IMG/VR virus record: IMGVR_UViG_3300005323_000090
Span: 1-27,519 of that record
DNA from: a virus
Taxonomy: Duplodnaviria; Caudoviricetes
Length of the DNA: 27,519 nucleotides
Direction: 5' to 3' (one strand)
In this document: positions 17,037 through 26,467 of the stretch, piece by piece
Layout of the letters: each line of letters starts with the position of its first letter
Numbering within the stretch: position 1 is the stretch's first letter
The notes under the pieces: model-generated
Seen by the model: the letters and a program-made list of their open reading frames with translations, nothing else
The model's database searches: none
Told to the model about the DNA's origin: nothing
Made by a program: the position numbers and the translations under genes

Positions 17037-17443
17037 TCAGGGGATTCATCAATAAAGATTTGTGCAAGATAGTGGTAAACGGTTTCGGCGAGGGCGACCT
17101 GTTGGAGAAGCTCAAGCCGGTGATCGCGATGTATGAAGGCTGGACTCTTGAGAAATGCGGGGATATCAAGGCAATATTGTTTTACCGGGCTTACGCTCCA
17201 CAGCATTATGAAGGATTCCTGGTCTGCTCGGTATATATGAGCGCCTTTGACGGTCAGGAGATAAAGAATTTCATCAATAAGCTGGCCAAGAAGCTCGAGA
17301 TCCTGCGCATAGAGACATTGAGCCTTGACTGCGATGAACTGAACCGCTGGCACCGGTTCCTGGGGTTTGTTTGCGAGGGGACCAAATGCAGGTTCTTAAA
17401 CGGCCGAGATTATCGCATGTGGGCCATTTTAAGAGAGGGATAG
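17033..17443 (+). CDS. GNAT-fold protein (position of T7 gp13)
   Basis: RIET...RWHRFLGFVCEG..R..GRDY.MW acetyltransferase-like motif and synteny. Confidence 0.7.
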   Translation: MIRGFINKDLCKIVVNGFGEGDLLEKLKPVIAMYEGWTLEKCGDIKAILFYRAYAPQHYEGFLVCSVYMSAFDGQEIKNFINKLAKKLEILRIETLSLDCDELNRWHRFLGFVCEGTKCRFLNGRDYRMWAILREG

Positions 17444-17444
17444 T

Positions 17445-17939
17445 ATGGGACTGGTAACTACTCTTTTGACTGTTGGGCTGGGAGCCGCAAGCATGGCTTC
17501 CACGGCGAAGGCGGCAAACAAACAGGCGGCCGCCCTTGCCGAGGAATCGGCTTTAAGGACCAAGGCGAAGGCCCGGGAAACCACGGCCTTAGCCGCGGCG
17601 CAGAAGGTGAATTTCATGCAGAGCGGTATAGCTCTGACGGGTGAAAGCAATTCCACACCTATGAGTGTTATGTCCAGCACGTACACGGCCGGACTTGAGG
17701 ATATAGATCTCATAGGCAAAAACTACTCTACACAGATCGAGAACGTCTATTCCCAGGCGCGCAGCAAACTTATTAAACAGTTGAACTCTACGGTCCTGGG
17801 GGCGGCCGGAGCAGGATCTGGATCGCTCTTCGGGGCGGCAGGATCCGTAGGAATGAATGATTCCCTGGCTTCAAGCGGGTTTACAGTAGGCAGCCTGCAG
17901 GATTATGGAACATACCAAGCCGCAGGAATGGTACCTTAA
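17445..17939 (+). CDS. Internal virion/ejection protein (T7 gp14-like)
   Basis: Ala/Gly-rich hydrophobic N-terminus, Q..SGI.L.G.S.P motif and synteny. Confidence 0.7.
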   Translation: MGLVTTLLTVGLGAASMASTAKAANKQAAALAEESALRTKAKARETTALAAAQKVNFMQSGIALTGESNSTPMSVMSSTYTAGLEDIDLIGKNYSTQIENVYSQARSKLIKQLNSTVLGAAGAGSGSLFGAAGSVGMNDSLASSGFTVGSLQDYGTYQAAGMVP

Positions 17940-17950
17940 GGAGGCTGAAA

Positions 17951-19546
17951 GTGGTAAGAAGACCGTTAATGCAGAGAGAAGTGACAGAGGTGGCGGCTCC
18001 AATAAACGCCGAAGAGGAGATGTATCAGGATCTCCAAAGCACAATGAGCGCGTATGAAGGCCTGCAGCGCAAGAAGGAACTGGCCAATATTAATAATTTC
18101 ATGGCGGATGCAAATCTGCAGATGATGAATGTTACAAATAAGTGGCGCGTGGACAATCAGGCCGATCCGACAAACCAGGATGCGCTTGGGAAGCTCTCTG
18201 GGGACTACGATAAGATCCTGAGCCTTTACGGTCAGAAGGTCGGTATGTTCGGGCGGGGAGATTGGCAACAGGTAAGCAACAAGCTCAAACAACAGTACAA
18301 GCTGGACACTATGCTTTGGGGCCAGAAGCAGACAAATTTGAACATCGTCAGTAATGTTAATGACAGCCGCGATAAAAACCTCTTGATGGCCGCCCAGGTA
18401 GGGCAAAGCTTTGACCTTAGTAAGGCTGCTCAAGACTGGAGGAACCAGAAGGCAGCTTTGGAAGGGCTGGCCAACACCGGTTTTATGCCTAACGAGATCA
18501 AGGAGCATATCAGGCAATACCAGTTTGACTATATGGATATGTTCTTGCGAGGAGCCATCAAAAAGGATCCCTGGAAGGCAGAGGTAATGCTTAACCAACT
18601 GGACTTCCAGAATGATTTAGGCAACGATCCCAAGCGCATCGATGCGTTGCGAGAAGTGATCAAGAAAAGCAAGGAACAGAACAGGTACGCCACGGCGGTC
18701 GCGCAGAACGATGCCGAGGACAAGCTGTTGACGGGTTATTTCACCAACAGCGATAGCGTCAATATCCTGGTGCTCGATAAGGCCGTCAAGTCCGGGGAGA
18801 TACGGCCGGAGTTCGCCATAAAGATGAAGAACATGATCGAAAGCCCGAGGACCGTGGGCGCCGAAAGCAAGGATGATACGTATATAGATTTTACGAATAG
18901 GTTCGCTGATTTAAAATCAGGGAAGAAGAATAAAAGCATAACCATTGCTGATGTAATGCAATTCAGAAATGATGTTATTGATGCTCATGCGCAGGGCAGA
19001 CTGGGAGTTGGAGATACACGCAAATTTCTGAGAGATACCCAAAATGACATCGATACTCGTCTTAACAAAGTCGCAGATACAGCTTTGAGTAAAACCAATC
19101 CCAAGACGTTCCTGCAGGCTATAAGCTGGTGGTCGGATGAGTATGCCGACAAGCGTCCGGAAGTAAAGGCGAGGATGTACCGCAATGTAATGGACAGGTT
19201 GAGGAACGGACAGGATCCTTACGAATCCATAAATGCCGTCATAAAAGAGGAAACGAACAGGGCCAATCCTAATACGGTCTTTTGCGGAGGGACGCCCAAC
19301 AATATTATTTCATCCACAGGTATAAAGCAAGGCATTTACCGGGGGATAAGCGATTCCAAGTCCGGATACACCATCAGCAACGGCCAGGTTGTGGCAAAAG
19401 GATCCTCCGGTACGCAGCAAGCCGCCCCTATAAGAAGATACCGGGTAGGGGATAAGTTAAGTCTAAAAGGGGATATTTACATAGTGACCGGGTTCGATAA
19501 AGACGGAGAGCCGCTGGTGGAGAAGGTAAATGCCAAGATTGAGTGA
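17951..19546 (+). CDS. Internal virion/ejection protein (gp15 position)
   Basis: 531-aa helical ORF with GTG start after GGAGG. Synteny only. Confidence 0.6.
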   Translation: MVRRPLMQREVTEVAAPINAEEEMYQDLQSTMSAYEGLQRKKELANINNFMADANLQMMNVTNKWRVDNQADPTNQDALGKLSGDYDKILSLYGQKVGMFGRGDWQQVSNKLKQQYKLDTMLWGQKQTNLNIVSNVNDSRDKNLLMAAQVGQSFDLSKAAQDWRNQKAALEGLANTGFMPNEIKEHIRQYQFDYMDMFLRGAIKKDPWKAEVMLNQLDFQNDLGNDPKRIDALREVIKKSKEQNRYATAVAQNDAEDKLLTGYFTNSDSVNILVLDKAVKSGEIRPEFAIKMKNMIESPRTVGAESKDDTYIDFTNRFADLKSGKKNKSITIADVMQFRNDVIDAHAQGRLGVGDTRKFLRDTQNDIDTRLNKVADTALSKTNPKTFLQAISWWSDEYADKRPEVKARMYRNVMDRLRNGQDPYESINAVIKEETNRANPNTVFCGGTPNNIISSTGIKQGIYRGISDSKSGYTISNGQVVAKGSSGTQQAAPIRRYRVGDKLSLKGDIYIVTGFDKDGEPLVEKVNAKIE

Positions 19547-22500
19547 TCTGAACGATAATCCTGATGAGGTAAAGATTGTGGAAGAAGCGGGACCTGCTCG
19601 TCTTGCCAACCTGACCGGCGGAGACGATAGGCAGGTGACTTTCGTGGACGATAAGGGCATAGCCGTAGAGCACCCGGCATCGGCATCGGACAGGTATACC
19701 AAAGAGTCTATGGCCTCCGTGTATTCCGGGGATGTATACCCGTCAGTGGCAGAGCAGGATAAAATCTCCTTCACGCAGGCGATGGGAGCCAAATTCTACA
19801 TGGGGCTGCAATCTTCGGCGCGCAATGTCGGACGGCTTATGTTCCTGGATAGGATCCCCTATTTCAAAGGGCAATATGAGCTCCAGGAGCAGGAAGAGGC
19901 CTTGGCAAGGCAGGAATTAGGGAAACAGTCCGGAGTTTCGAAGTTCGCCTCCGATTTCTCAGAGGGGGTTGGTGGAATGGTTTATACGCTGCCTGTTGAT
20001 ATGATGGCCGGAGGTGTCACTAAGGTCCTCCTGGCAGGGAAAGTGCTGCCGTCCGTGTCCAGGTATATGGTAAAGATACCGGATTTCGCGGTAGGTATGG
20101 GGACCAGGGGGTTCGTCCAGAAGACGGAGGAAGGCAAGTCGTTAGAGGCCCCATTGTCGGCGGCAGAGCAGGCGGCCATAGGTATGCTCTATGGTTCGGT
20201 AGGCACAGGCTGGAGATCTTACCCTAAAATGAGCTCCCTGGGCCTTGCTGAGGCGCATTATAACGCGCTTAAGCAGAACAGGCTTGCCACCCGGGAAGAA
20301 GCGATAGAAGGGGCCGCAAACGGTCTGGCTTTCGCAACCGTATTCCATGCCATAGGAGCAATGGAGAAAGGGATGAGCAACGCCCGGGAAAAAGGTGTTT
20401 TACAGGAATCCCAGAAGGTTATAGACGAAGCGCTCAAATCCGGAGATCTCGGGACCGTAAAAGATGTGTATGAGAGGCTTATCGTTGACGAAAGGATCAG
20501 TCCGGAGTCCAGGGCTGCCATTCTTGGCGCCTTTAAGGATACCCGGGAGGCATATATTAATAGCGAAAAAGGTCAGGGGGAGGATGTTTATCTGTCCAAG
20601 GAAGAGTCCCGGCTGCTTGAATCTGCCATTGCAAAGCACGCGACGAATGAAAGTCTTGTCCCGGAAGAAGAGGCAGTCATAAACAAAATAATGAATAAGG
20701 GCGGGAATGAACCCAAGAGAAGTGGAGGTATGGATCTGGAGGCTTATGCCCGGGAATCGATGGAATACGATACCCCTGAAAGTTTTGCGGAAGAGAACTA
20801 TCAACGGGTGTTCCGGTATAAATTTGATCAGCAGAGGATGAAATCCGCGCACGCTTCCGCCATTAAGGGTAAATACGACCTTGGTACCGTAGGGGATTTT
20901 ATTATTGACGATAAGCTGAGGGAACAGTTTGCCGATGTCTTGAACGTCCCAGTGCGCAGCAATAACGAACTGCCGGAAAACAACCCGGCAAGGCTGGTAG
21001 CTTATCAACCGGGAAACGCCAAATTAAGGGCGCGTCAAGCGGCGGCCGGTACCCCATCGTCTGTCATTGAAATGGGCCCTGCGATATGGCGTGGTGGAGC
21101 GGAAGAGAACTTCCTGCATGAGGTGATACACGCCCAGCGGAACTTTAAGGGCAGGGGAATAGGTGGAGAGGCTGAAGCCGCGGGAGAGCTCTCGGCCACA
21201 AAAGGAGCGGCTTTCTTTAAAGAGAGCGTAAAGAAAGAACTGGTGGATATCTGGAATTCCGCCCGCGCCGGCGGCAAAGTAACAGGCCAGGTATCTCATC
21301 CAAGCGATGCAGAGTTAGGAGTATATAAAAATAACCTTAAGGAGTTGATGATAGGGGCATCAGACCAGGCGCATATATCGGATCTGCCGGTTGAAATAGC
21401 CAATCAAAGGAAGATCCCGCGGGCAATCTATATTGACCGTAAGATCGTCGATAAGATAGAAGGCAAGCACGGTTTGACGGTGGATGAGAGCTTTATCGAT
21501 AATCTCAATAACTCCGATTTTATGGTTTTCTACAAAGACGCCCCGAAGATCAATTTTGTCAAGAAGTTAGGCAACAACAAGACGCTCGTGGTTTCCGTAA
21601 AGAGATATAACGGTCATTTTGTGATTACGGGGTTTGAATCTCCTGATCCTACTTACGCGGAATCTCTTAAAAAAAGAGGAGAAGTAGTTAATCTTACTGG
21701 AAGGGCGGCAGTTCCTTCATCTGTCCCGGCAGAGCCGAGCAGGCCAGCGAGCCTTTCTGGCGTCAGTAAGACTTCTACTTCTCCCGACAAAAATATACCA
21801 CAACCGGGGAAGCGTGTCAACGTAAAAGACGTGATGCCGGACGCCTCCGGAGTTACGCCTTTGCAACGGCAGATACAGAGCCTGGAAGAGCGTCAGGCCC
21901 GGGTAGAGTCCGCGCAGTATGCGCTTGACGACATAGACACCATCCGACAGGGGTTTATGCGCAGGATCCGGAGGTATAAAGACGAATATTTGAAGGAGGA
22001 ATTGACAGGCATCCCCAAGGAATACATCACCAAAAAAGGCGGCATTACTCCGGACGAGGCAATACAGGAGTTACGGGACCATTTCGGGGTAGAGGTAGCA
22101 GATGAAACAGGCCTCAAGGAGTATTTAAAGAACCTTGAGGATACGCGCAAAAGCCTGTTGGAAGAGATCCGCAGGAACCGGCCGCAGATGATTACCAAGC
22201 GGGAAACCACTCTTTTGAAGGACCGCATCAAGGCAACCGAACAGGGGATCAAGGAAGGCAGGCTGAAGACCAAGCAGGAAATAGAGAGCATCCAGAATGA
22301 AGTTATTGATGCAATAGAACAGGCGGATCTGCCGCTTGATGAGCGCGCTAAGTTTATCCGGACGATAAAGAACGTGCAAACAAGGGCTGATCTGGCCAGG
22401 ACATTTCCGGATATCGCTAAACGCCTGCAGGAGTCTAAAACAAAACAGGTTAGGCAAGAGATCATCAACGAGCTTCAGAGGGCGGCAGAACGGGCTAACA

Positions 22501-24713
22501 GGTCCGGCGGGATAGCGGTGGAATACGCGGATATGATCGGGAATATCCTTAAACAGATCGAATTCCAGGGGCACCGTCCGGAAACGATAGAATCCCTGAA
22601 GAACACCCGGAAGTTTATCGAAAAGAGCCTCGCCGCCGGCAAGGATGTGGAAATGCCGGAGGAGATATTGAAGCAGCTGAAGATCCTTGAAAAAAAACCG
22701 GCGAGCGATCTAAGCGAAGGGGAGCTCGAAGATCTGCTCAATACCGTGGAAGACCTGGAGAATATGGGGCGCGCGAAACTGCGCCTGCGGCAGATGGCGG
22801 AGGAACAAAGAAAGGCCCAGGCCCTGGCGGATATAATCCAGGATTCCGATCCGCTGTTCAAGAAAGAAAAAGTAGAAGCTGAAGCCGGCGAAAGACTCAA
22901 TGTATACGACAAACTGAAGAACCGGTATGCCGACGCCCGCAATTTTCTGATGGAAAAGGACATCGCCATCGCGCCCATGGACGTGATTTTTGATTTGCTC
23001 GACGGAAAGAAACAATACAAAGGGGCCAACAGCAGGATATTCAAGCAAACATTGAACCGCGAATTCGGGAAATACCTGGAAATGAAAGACAAGGCGGAAA
23101 AAGAGGTAAGGGAACTGGCCAGGCGGCTTAAGCTTGATGACCGTAATTTTGAGCGTATCGGAGTGTACGCCGCAAAGATGCAGGAGGGTGGTTACGAGAA
23201 GTTGTTAAGCAGCGGGCATACGGAACGGGAAATCGAAAGAGACCTGTCTCCGGAAGAGATGCAGCTTTACAGCCTTATGCGCGACAAGCTGGAGTCTTTC
23301 CGGCCGGAGATATCCGAGATTATGCGCCTTGTTTACAACGAACCGTTCCACGCGGTAAAGAATTACTTCCCGTTCATGACCGACTTTAATAAGATGAGCG
23401 ACTCCGAGATACGGGCCCGCTTCGGAGATAACGTAGAACAATACGGACTTGCGCCCAGGAAGAACGTCTCGCGCGGCTTCACCAAGAAAAGACAGGGAAA
23501 GAAGCAGAAGATACAGATAAACGCTATGGAGGTATTCTTGAAGCACGTGGACAACGCCAGCTATTTCGTCACCGTAGGCAAGGAGACCAAGTTCCTCGGG
23601 GAGCTGGCGGCAAAGGAAGAGTATGCCGAAGCCGTGGGAGAGCTGGGGCAGGAGATCGTCAGGGACTGGATAGATCTCGTCGCGCGCAAGGGAAAGATAT
23701 CCGGGGAGGCAAACAGTATGCTGGACGGCTTGAGAAAACATGCTGGGGCGTCCATCCTGGCCTTCAGGCTGTCTTCCGCTCTTATACAGCCGACATCGAT
23801 CATAACCGGGGCGGGGTTAATCGGCAAATACGCTTTTGACGGGGCATTCAAGATAGCCGCTGACGGCCGCTGGCGCCGGTTCGTGCGCGAGAATATGCCG
23901 GAAGTCAAGCATAGGGTGGGGGATGACCCGGGTTTCCTCGAGTTCGGCGATAAGAACATAGTGGACAAGGCGGAACAGGTCGGATTCTGGGCCCTGGAGC
24001 GGCTCGATGGGATAGCGGCAGCTTCCGTGGCCGCCGGCGCCTATGAAAAATACTGCAAAGAGCACGGCATCGAGGTCGATCTCGACAAGCCCAATCAGGA
24101 GGCGATTGATTACGCGCAGCTGATGATGCGCCGAAGCCAATCCAGTTCTTTCTTTATAGACGCGCCTTCGGCGTTGACCAGGGGGACGTTCTCCGGGAAA
24201 GGGGGAAACGCTTTAAACAAGTCAATAGATAAAGCGATATTTCAGTTTCAGTCGTTTATGCTCAACGACTGGAGTATGGTCCGGCATGATCTCTGGCGCG
24301 CGGGGATCGTGGAGAAGCGGATGGGGCAGGCGGCGAATATTTTCTTCTGGCTGACTCTTGTTTTTCTGGCCCAGACCGGCATAAGAGGTGGGACAAGGGC
24401 GTTGGTTAGCGGGATACTGAATAAAGAACCCGATCCGGATGAGGAAAACACCTGGCACAAGGTCATAAACAACGTATTCCTGCAGCAGATACCGTTTGTC
24501 GGAAACGCCGTGCAGGCGTGGGACTACGGAAGCAACCCCATACCGGCGCTTGAATTCCTGAACAAGTTTGCGCGCGATATGAGCTCGGCCAAAAAATCAA
24601 AGGACATGGACAGGAAGTTGCTGGCTTTGGCGCGAGGGATTGCCCTATGGCTGCCCGGCGGGTCGAATCTGGAACCGTTGCTAAAGATCAAGAAGAATAC
24701 GGAAGAATTGTGA
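19530..24713 (+). CDS. Large ejection protein (gp16 position), multidomain/polyvalent
   Basis: 1727 aa. HEVIH zincin motif at 21117-21131, putative BECR-fold RNase domain at ~21300-21680, coiled coils, and a C-terminal membrane-channel-like region (NYFP, FQFQSF, hydrophobic helices). Confidence 0.8.
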   Translation: MPRLSDLNDNPDEVKIVEEAGPARLANLTGGDDRQVTFVDDKGIAVEHPASASDRYTKESMASVYSGDVYPSVAEQDKISFTQAMGAKFYMGLQSSARNVGRLMFLDRIPYFKGQYELQEQEEALARQELGKQSGVSKFASDFSEGVGGMVYTLPVDMMAGGVTKVLLAGKVLPSVSRYMVKIPDFAVGMGTRGFVQKTEEGKSLEAPLSAAEQAAIGMLYGSVGTGWRSYPKMSSLGLAEAHYNALKQNRLATREEAIEGAANGLAFATVFHAIGAMEKGMSNAREKGVLQESQKVIDEALKSGDLGTVKDVYERLIVDERISPESRAAILGAFKDTREAYINSEKGQGEDVYLSKEESRLLESAIAKHATNESLVPEEEAVINKIMNKGGNEPKRSGGMDLEAYARESMEYDTPESFAEENYQRVFRYKFDQQRMKSAHASAIKGKYDLGTVGDFIIDDKLREQFADVLNVPVRSNNELPENNPARLVAYQPGNAKLRARQAAAGTPSSVIEMGPAIWRGGAEENFLHEVIHAQRNFKGRGIGGEAEAAGELSATKGAAFFKESVKKELVDIWNSARAGGKVTGQVSHPSDAELGVYKNNLKELMIGASDQAHISDLPVEIANQRKIPRAIYIDRKIVDKIEGKHGLTVDESFIDNLNNSDFMVFYKDAPKINFVKKLGNNKTLVVSVKRYNGHFVITGFESPDPTYAESLKKRGEVVNLTGRAAVPSSVPAEPSRPASLSGVSKTSTSPDKNIPQPGKRVNVKDVMPDASGVTPLQRQIQSLEERQARVESAQYALDDIDTIRQGFMRRIRRYKDEYLKEELTGIPKEYITKKGGITPDEAIQELRDHFGVEVADETGLKEYLKNLEDTRKSLLEEIRRNRPQMITKRETTLLKDRIKATEQGIKEGRLKTKQEIESIQNEVIDAIEQADLPLDERAKFIRTIKNVQTRADLARTFPDIAKRLQESKTKQVRQEIINELQRAAERANRSGGIAVEYADMIGNILKQIEFQGHRPETIESLKNTRKFIEKSLAAGKDVEMPEEILKQLKILEKKPASDLSEGELEDLLNTVEDLENMGRAKLRLRQMAEEQRKAQALADIIQDSDPLFKKEKVEAEAGERLNVYDKLKNRYADARNFLMEKDIAIAPMDVIFDLLDGKKQYKGANSRIFKQTLNREFGKYLEMKDKAEKEVRELARRLKLDDRNFERIGVYAAKMQEGGYEKLLSSGHTEREIERDLSPEEMQLYSLMRDKLESFRPEISEIMRLVYNEPFHAVKNYFPFMTDFNKMSDSEIRARFGDNVEQYGLAPRKNVSRGFTKKRQGKKQKIQINAMEVFLKHVDNASYFVTVGKETKFLGELAAKEEYAEAVGELGQEIVRDWIDLVARKGKISGEANSMLDGLRKHAGASILAFRLSSALIQPTSIITGAGLIGKYAFDGAFKIAADGRWRRFVRENMPEVKHRVGDDPGFLEFGDKNIVDKAEQVGFWALERLDGIAAASVAAGAYEKYCKEHGIEVDLDKPNQEAIDYAQLMMRRSQSSSFFIDAPSALTRGTFSGKGGNALNKSIDKAIFQFQSFMLNDWSMVRHDLWRAGIVEKRMGQAANIFFWLTLVFLAQTGIRGGTRALVSGILNKEPDPDEENTWHKVINNVFLQQIPFVGNAVQAWDYGSNPIPALEFLNKFARDMSSAKKSKDMDRKLLALARGIALWLPGGSNLEPLLKIKKNTEEL
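21669..21785 (-). ncRNA. Candidate ~115-nt antisense small RNA with four-way-junction fold, embedded in the ejection protein gene
   Basis: Closing stems 21678-87/21775-84 (10 bp perfect) and 21692-99/21764-71 (8 bp), three internal hairpins, U7 tract at the 3' end, and a promoter positioned at the 5' end. Confidence 0.65.
21792..21820 (-). promoter_or_regulatory. Intragenic antisense sigma70 promoter
   Basis: Minus strand TTGACA(21820-15)-N17-TATATT(21797-92) with extended -10 TGn. Confidence 0.75.
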
Positions 24714-24744
24714 TAAAAATTACTGCTATCTTCAGACGTCGGGT

Positions 24745-24879
24745 TTACAAAGCACCGGTATCCGGCGGCACCTTAAAAATCTGCTGGAGCAGGTAAATGA
24801 TCACCAAAGCCAGGGCAAGTTTAATGAGGAAATCTTTTTCCCAGAGGGTTTGTAAAAATTTGATAAGCGTGTTTTTCAT
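24745..24879 (-). CDS. 44-aa single-TM peptide (not in ORF track)
   Basis: MKNTLIKFLQTLWEKDFLIKLALALVIIYLLQQIFKVPPDTGAL, with AAGGAG upstream. Confidence 0.6.
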   Translation of the reverse strand: MKNTLIKFLQTLWEKDFLIKLALALVIIYLLQQIFKVPPDTGAL

Positions 24880-24894
24880 TTTTTAAAACTCCTT

Positions 24895-25482
24895 TTACGG
24901 TACCGCTTTTACGATGATATTGTGTTCTTTGCAATGTATTTCCTTGCCGGTAGCATCTATAAATACAATGTCATTGTCGGTTCCTGTAACATCGGATAGA
25001 TGACGCGTTCTATCCCTTTTGTTCTCTGAAAACAATTTTTTAAAATATCTCTCGTTTTGTTGTCTTTGTATAGTAAATATCACCCAAAAGACAGCGAAAA
25101 AAGCAATTAGAGATATTCCGAATGTTATTAATGCTTGCTTTAACCATTTAATCGTAAACTTCTTCGGTGTTAAAAGAAAGATGAAAAGCATAATCGCTAC
25201 GATAAAATCAATCATCTGCCAGTTGTTTTTTTCAAAACGAATAGGGATTAGGGGATTAAAAAGCGCTGCCGTAATCCCCAGGATCCAGGCCCAGGCCTGC
25301 CGGCCTTGACTAAAGACCTTGAAAGCGCAATAAGCGGCAGTGCCGCATACCAGGAAGCGAAGGATCTGATAAAAGCCATAGGGTAGGCGATCGTGATATC
25401 CGCGCGGGACAGCGGCATAAAACAGAAGGATGATTGAGGTAAGAACAAAAAAGTTGCTTTTTAGCCAGGGTTTAAGGTTCAT
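24895..25482 (-). CDS. Multi-pass membrane protein (DUF6804-like N-terminus)
   Basis: LPYGFYQILRFLV..LFNPLIPI...W..ID pattern, several hydrophobic helices and a soluble C-terminal tail. Confidence 0.75.
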   Translation of the reverse strand: MNLKPWLKSNFFVLTSIILLFYAAVPRGYHDRLPYGFYQILRFLVCGTAAYCAFKVFSQGRQAWAWILGITAALFNPLIPIRFEKNNWQMIDFIVAIMLFIFLLTPKKFTIKWLKQALITFGISLIAFFAVFWVIFTIQRQQNERYFKKLFSENKRDRTRHLSDVTGTDNDIVFIDATGKEIHCKEHNIIVKAVP

Positions 25483-26053
25483 TCTTATGTTCTTTTTCTG
25501 TAATTGTTATGCTCTTTGAAATAATTAGATCGCGTAGGTAAATACCGCCAGCCATAAGCATCATGGTTAAGTCTTTTCCATTCTGAAAGGCATAGTCTTT
25601 AACGGTATTCAGGCGGGGATCGTCCGACAGGGAAAGCATAACGCTTCTTGATATCGCTTCAGCATCGTAATTGGTTTGCGGTTTCTGAGATTCAACGTTT
25701 CTTATCAGCTCGTCCTTGTTTGTATCAATGAAGGTTTTAAGGCCACTGTCATTTAACATAGTCTTACCGGCAGGAGTAAGCGACAGGGGGCTTGCTGACT
25801 TGAAATATACATCGTTGAGGCCGGCGATGCCCTTTACGTTCTCGAGTTTTGCGGTCAAACGGTTGAAACAATTAATAAGAGTATCGATCTTTTTGTTTAT
25901 TTCCGAATTCTCTTTATTGAGGGAATCAATAGATTTATCGAGATAATCTATTGATTTGCAGTATTTACCGCTAAAAAAGATGATGCGGCATAAAAAGATA
26001 AGGAATCCAGTGCCAAGGAAGAATGATAGCCATTTTAAACCGGTATCAGTCAT
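25472..26053 (-). CDS. Single-TM coiled-coil hypothetical protein
   Basis: N-terminal TM helix, heptad region, then SPLSLT..G..L..SG..FID. AGGAG RBS. Confidence 0.75.
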   Translation of the reverse strand: MTDTGLKWLSFFLGTGFLIFLCRIIFFSGKYCKSIDYLDKSIDSLNKENSEINKKIDTLINCFNRLTAKLENVKGIAGLNDVYFKSASPLSLTPAGKTMLNDSGLKTFIDTNKDELIRNVESQKPQTNYDAEAISRSVMLSLSDDPRLNTVKDYAFQNGKDLTMMLMAGGIYLRDLIISKSITITEKEHKNEP

Positions 26054-26246
26054 TGAATCTCCTTTTCTTTAAGCCTGGGTTTTGTAGTCCCAAAGCCGCA
26101 GATATTCTTAAAAGGGCAGCTACCATCAGGGGGAATACGCTATGCATCCTGTTGATCTTGTAAACGCAATGGAATACGGCATACAAGATACCGAGAGCGG
26201 TTACATTAAATAACCATTCGCAATTAGATGGGATGTTTATTGTCAT
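26046..26246 (-). CDS. Small hydrophobic protein
   Basis: 66 aa, overlapping the start of the next gene. Weak RBS. Confidence 0.45.
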   Translation of the reverse strand: MTINIPSNCEWLFNVTALGILYAVFHCVYKINRMHSVFPLMVAALLRISAALGLQNPGLKKRRFND

Positions 26247-26282
26247 TAAATCGCTGTGTAGTGCTTACTTAGCACTGCTCTT

Positions 26283-26426
26283 TTAATTTCCCCAGTGGTA
26301 GTGATATAGGCCGGTCTTATGGTCATAGTGACCATGGTTTTCATCTGTGCGTCCGGAGTGGGCAAAGGAAATAGAAGGGGCAACGAATAAAGCGAGAAGA
26401 ATAATAGCGGCGAATACTCTTTTCAT
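26283..26426 (-). CDS. Secreted 47-aa YHYH-motif peptide (not in ORF track)
   Basis: MKRVFAAIILLALFVAPSISFA|HSGRTDENHGHYDHKTGLYHYHWGN, with AAGGAG RBS. Confidence 0.8.
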   Translation of the reverse strand: MKRVFAAIILLALFVAPSISFAHSGRTDENHGHYDHKTGLYHYHWGN

Positions 26427-26467
26427 TGTTCGGCTCCTTTTTAGGTGAGAATAACTACATTTCGTTC

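Noticed and set aside
21893-23968. Several long minus-strand ORFs within the 1727-aa gene
   Set aside because: Antisense shadow frames with no recognisable motifs.
26258-26290. Hairpin GTAGTGCT/AGCACTGC plus T-rich run as a + strand terminator
   Set aside because: Weak stem with an interrupted U-tract. Its direction and function cannot be assigned from sequence alone.
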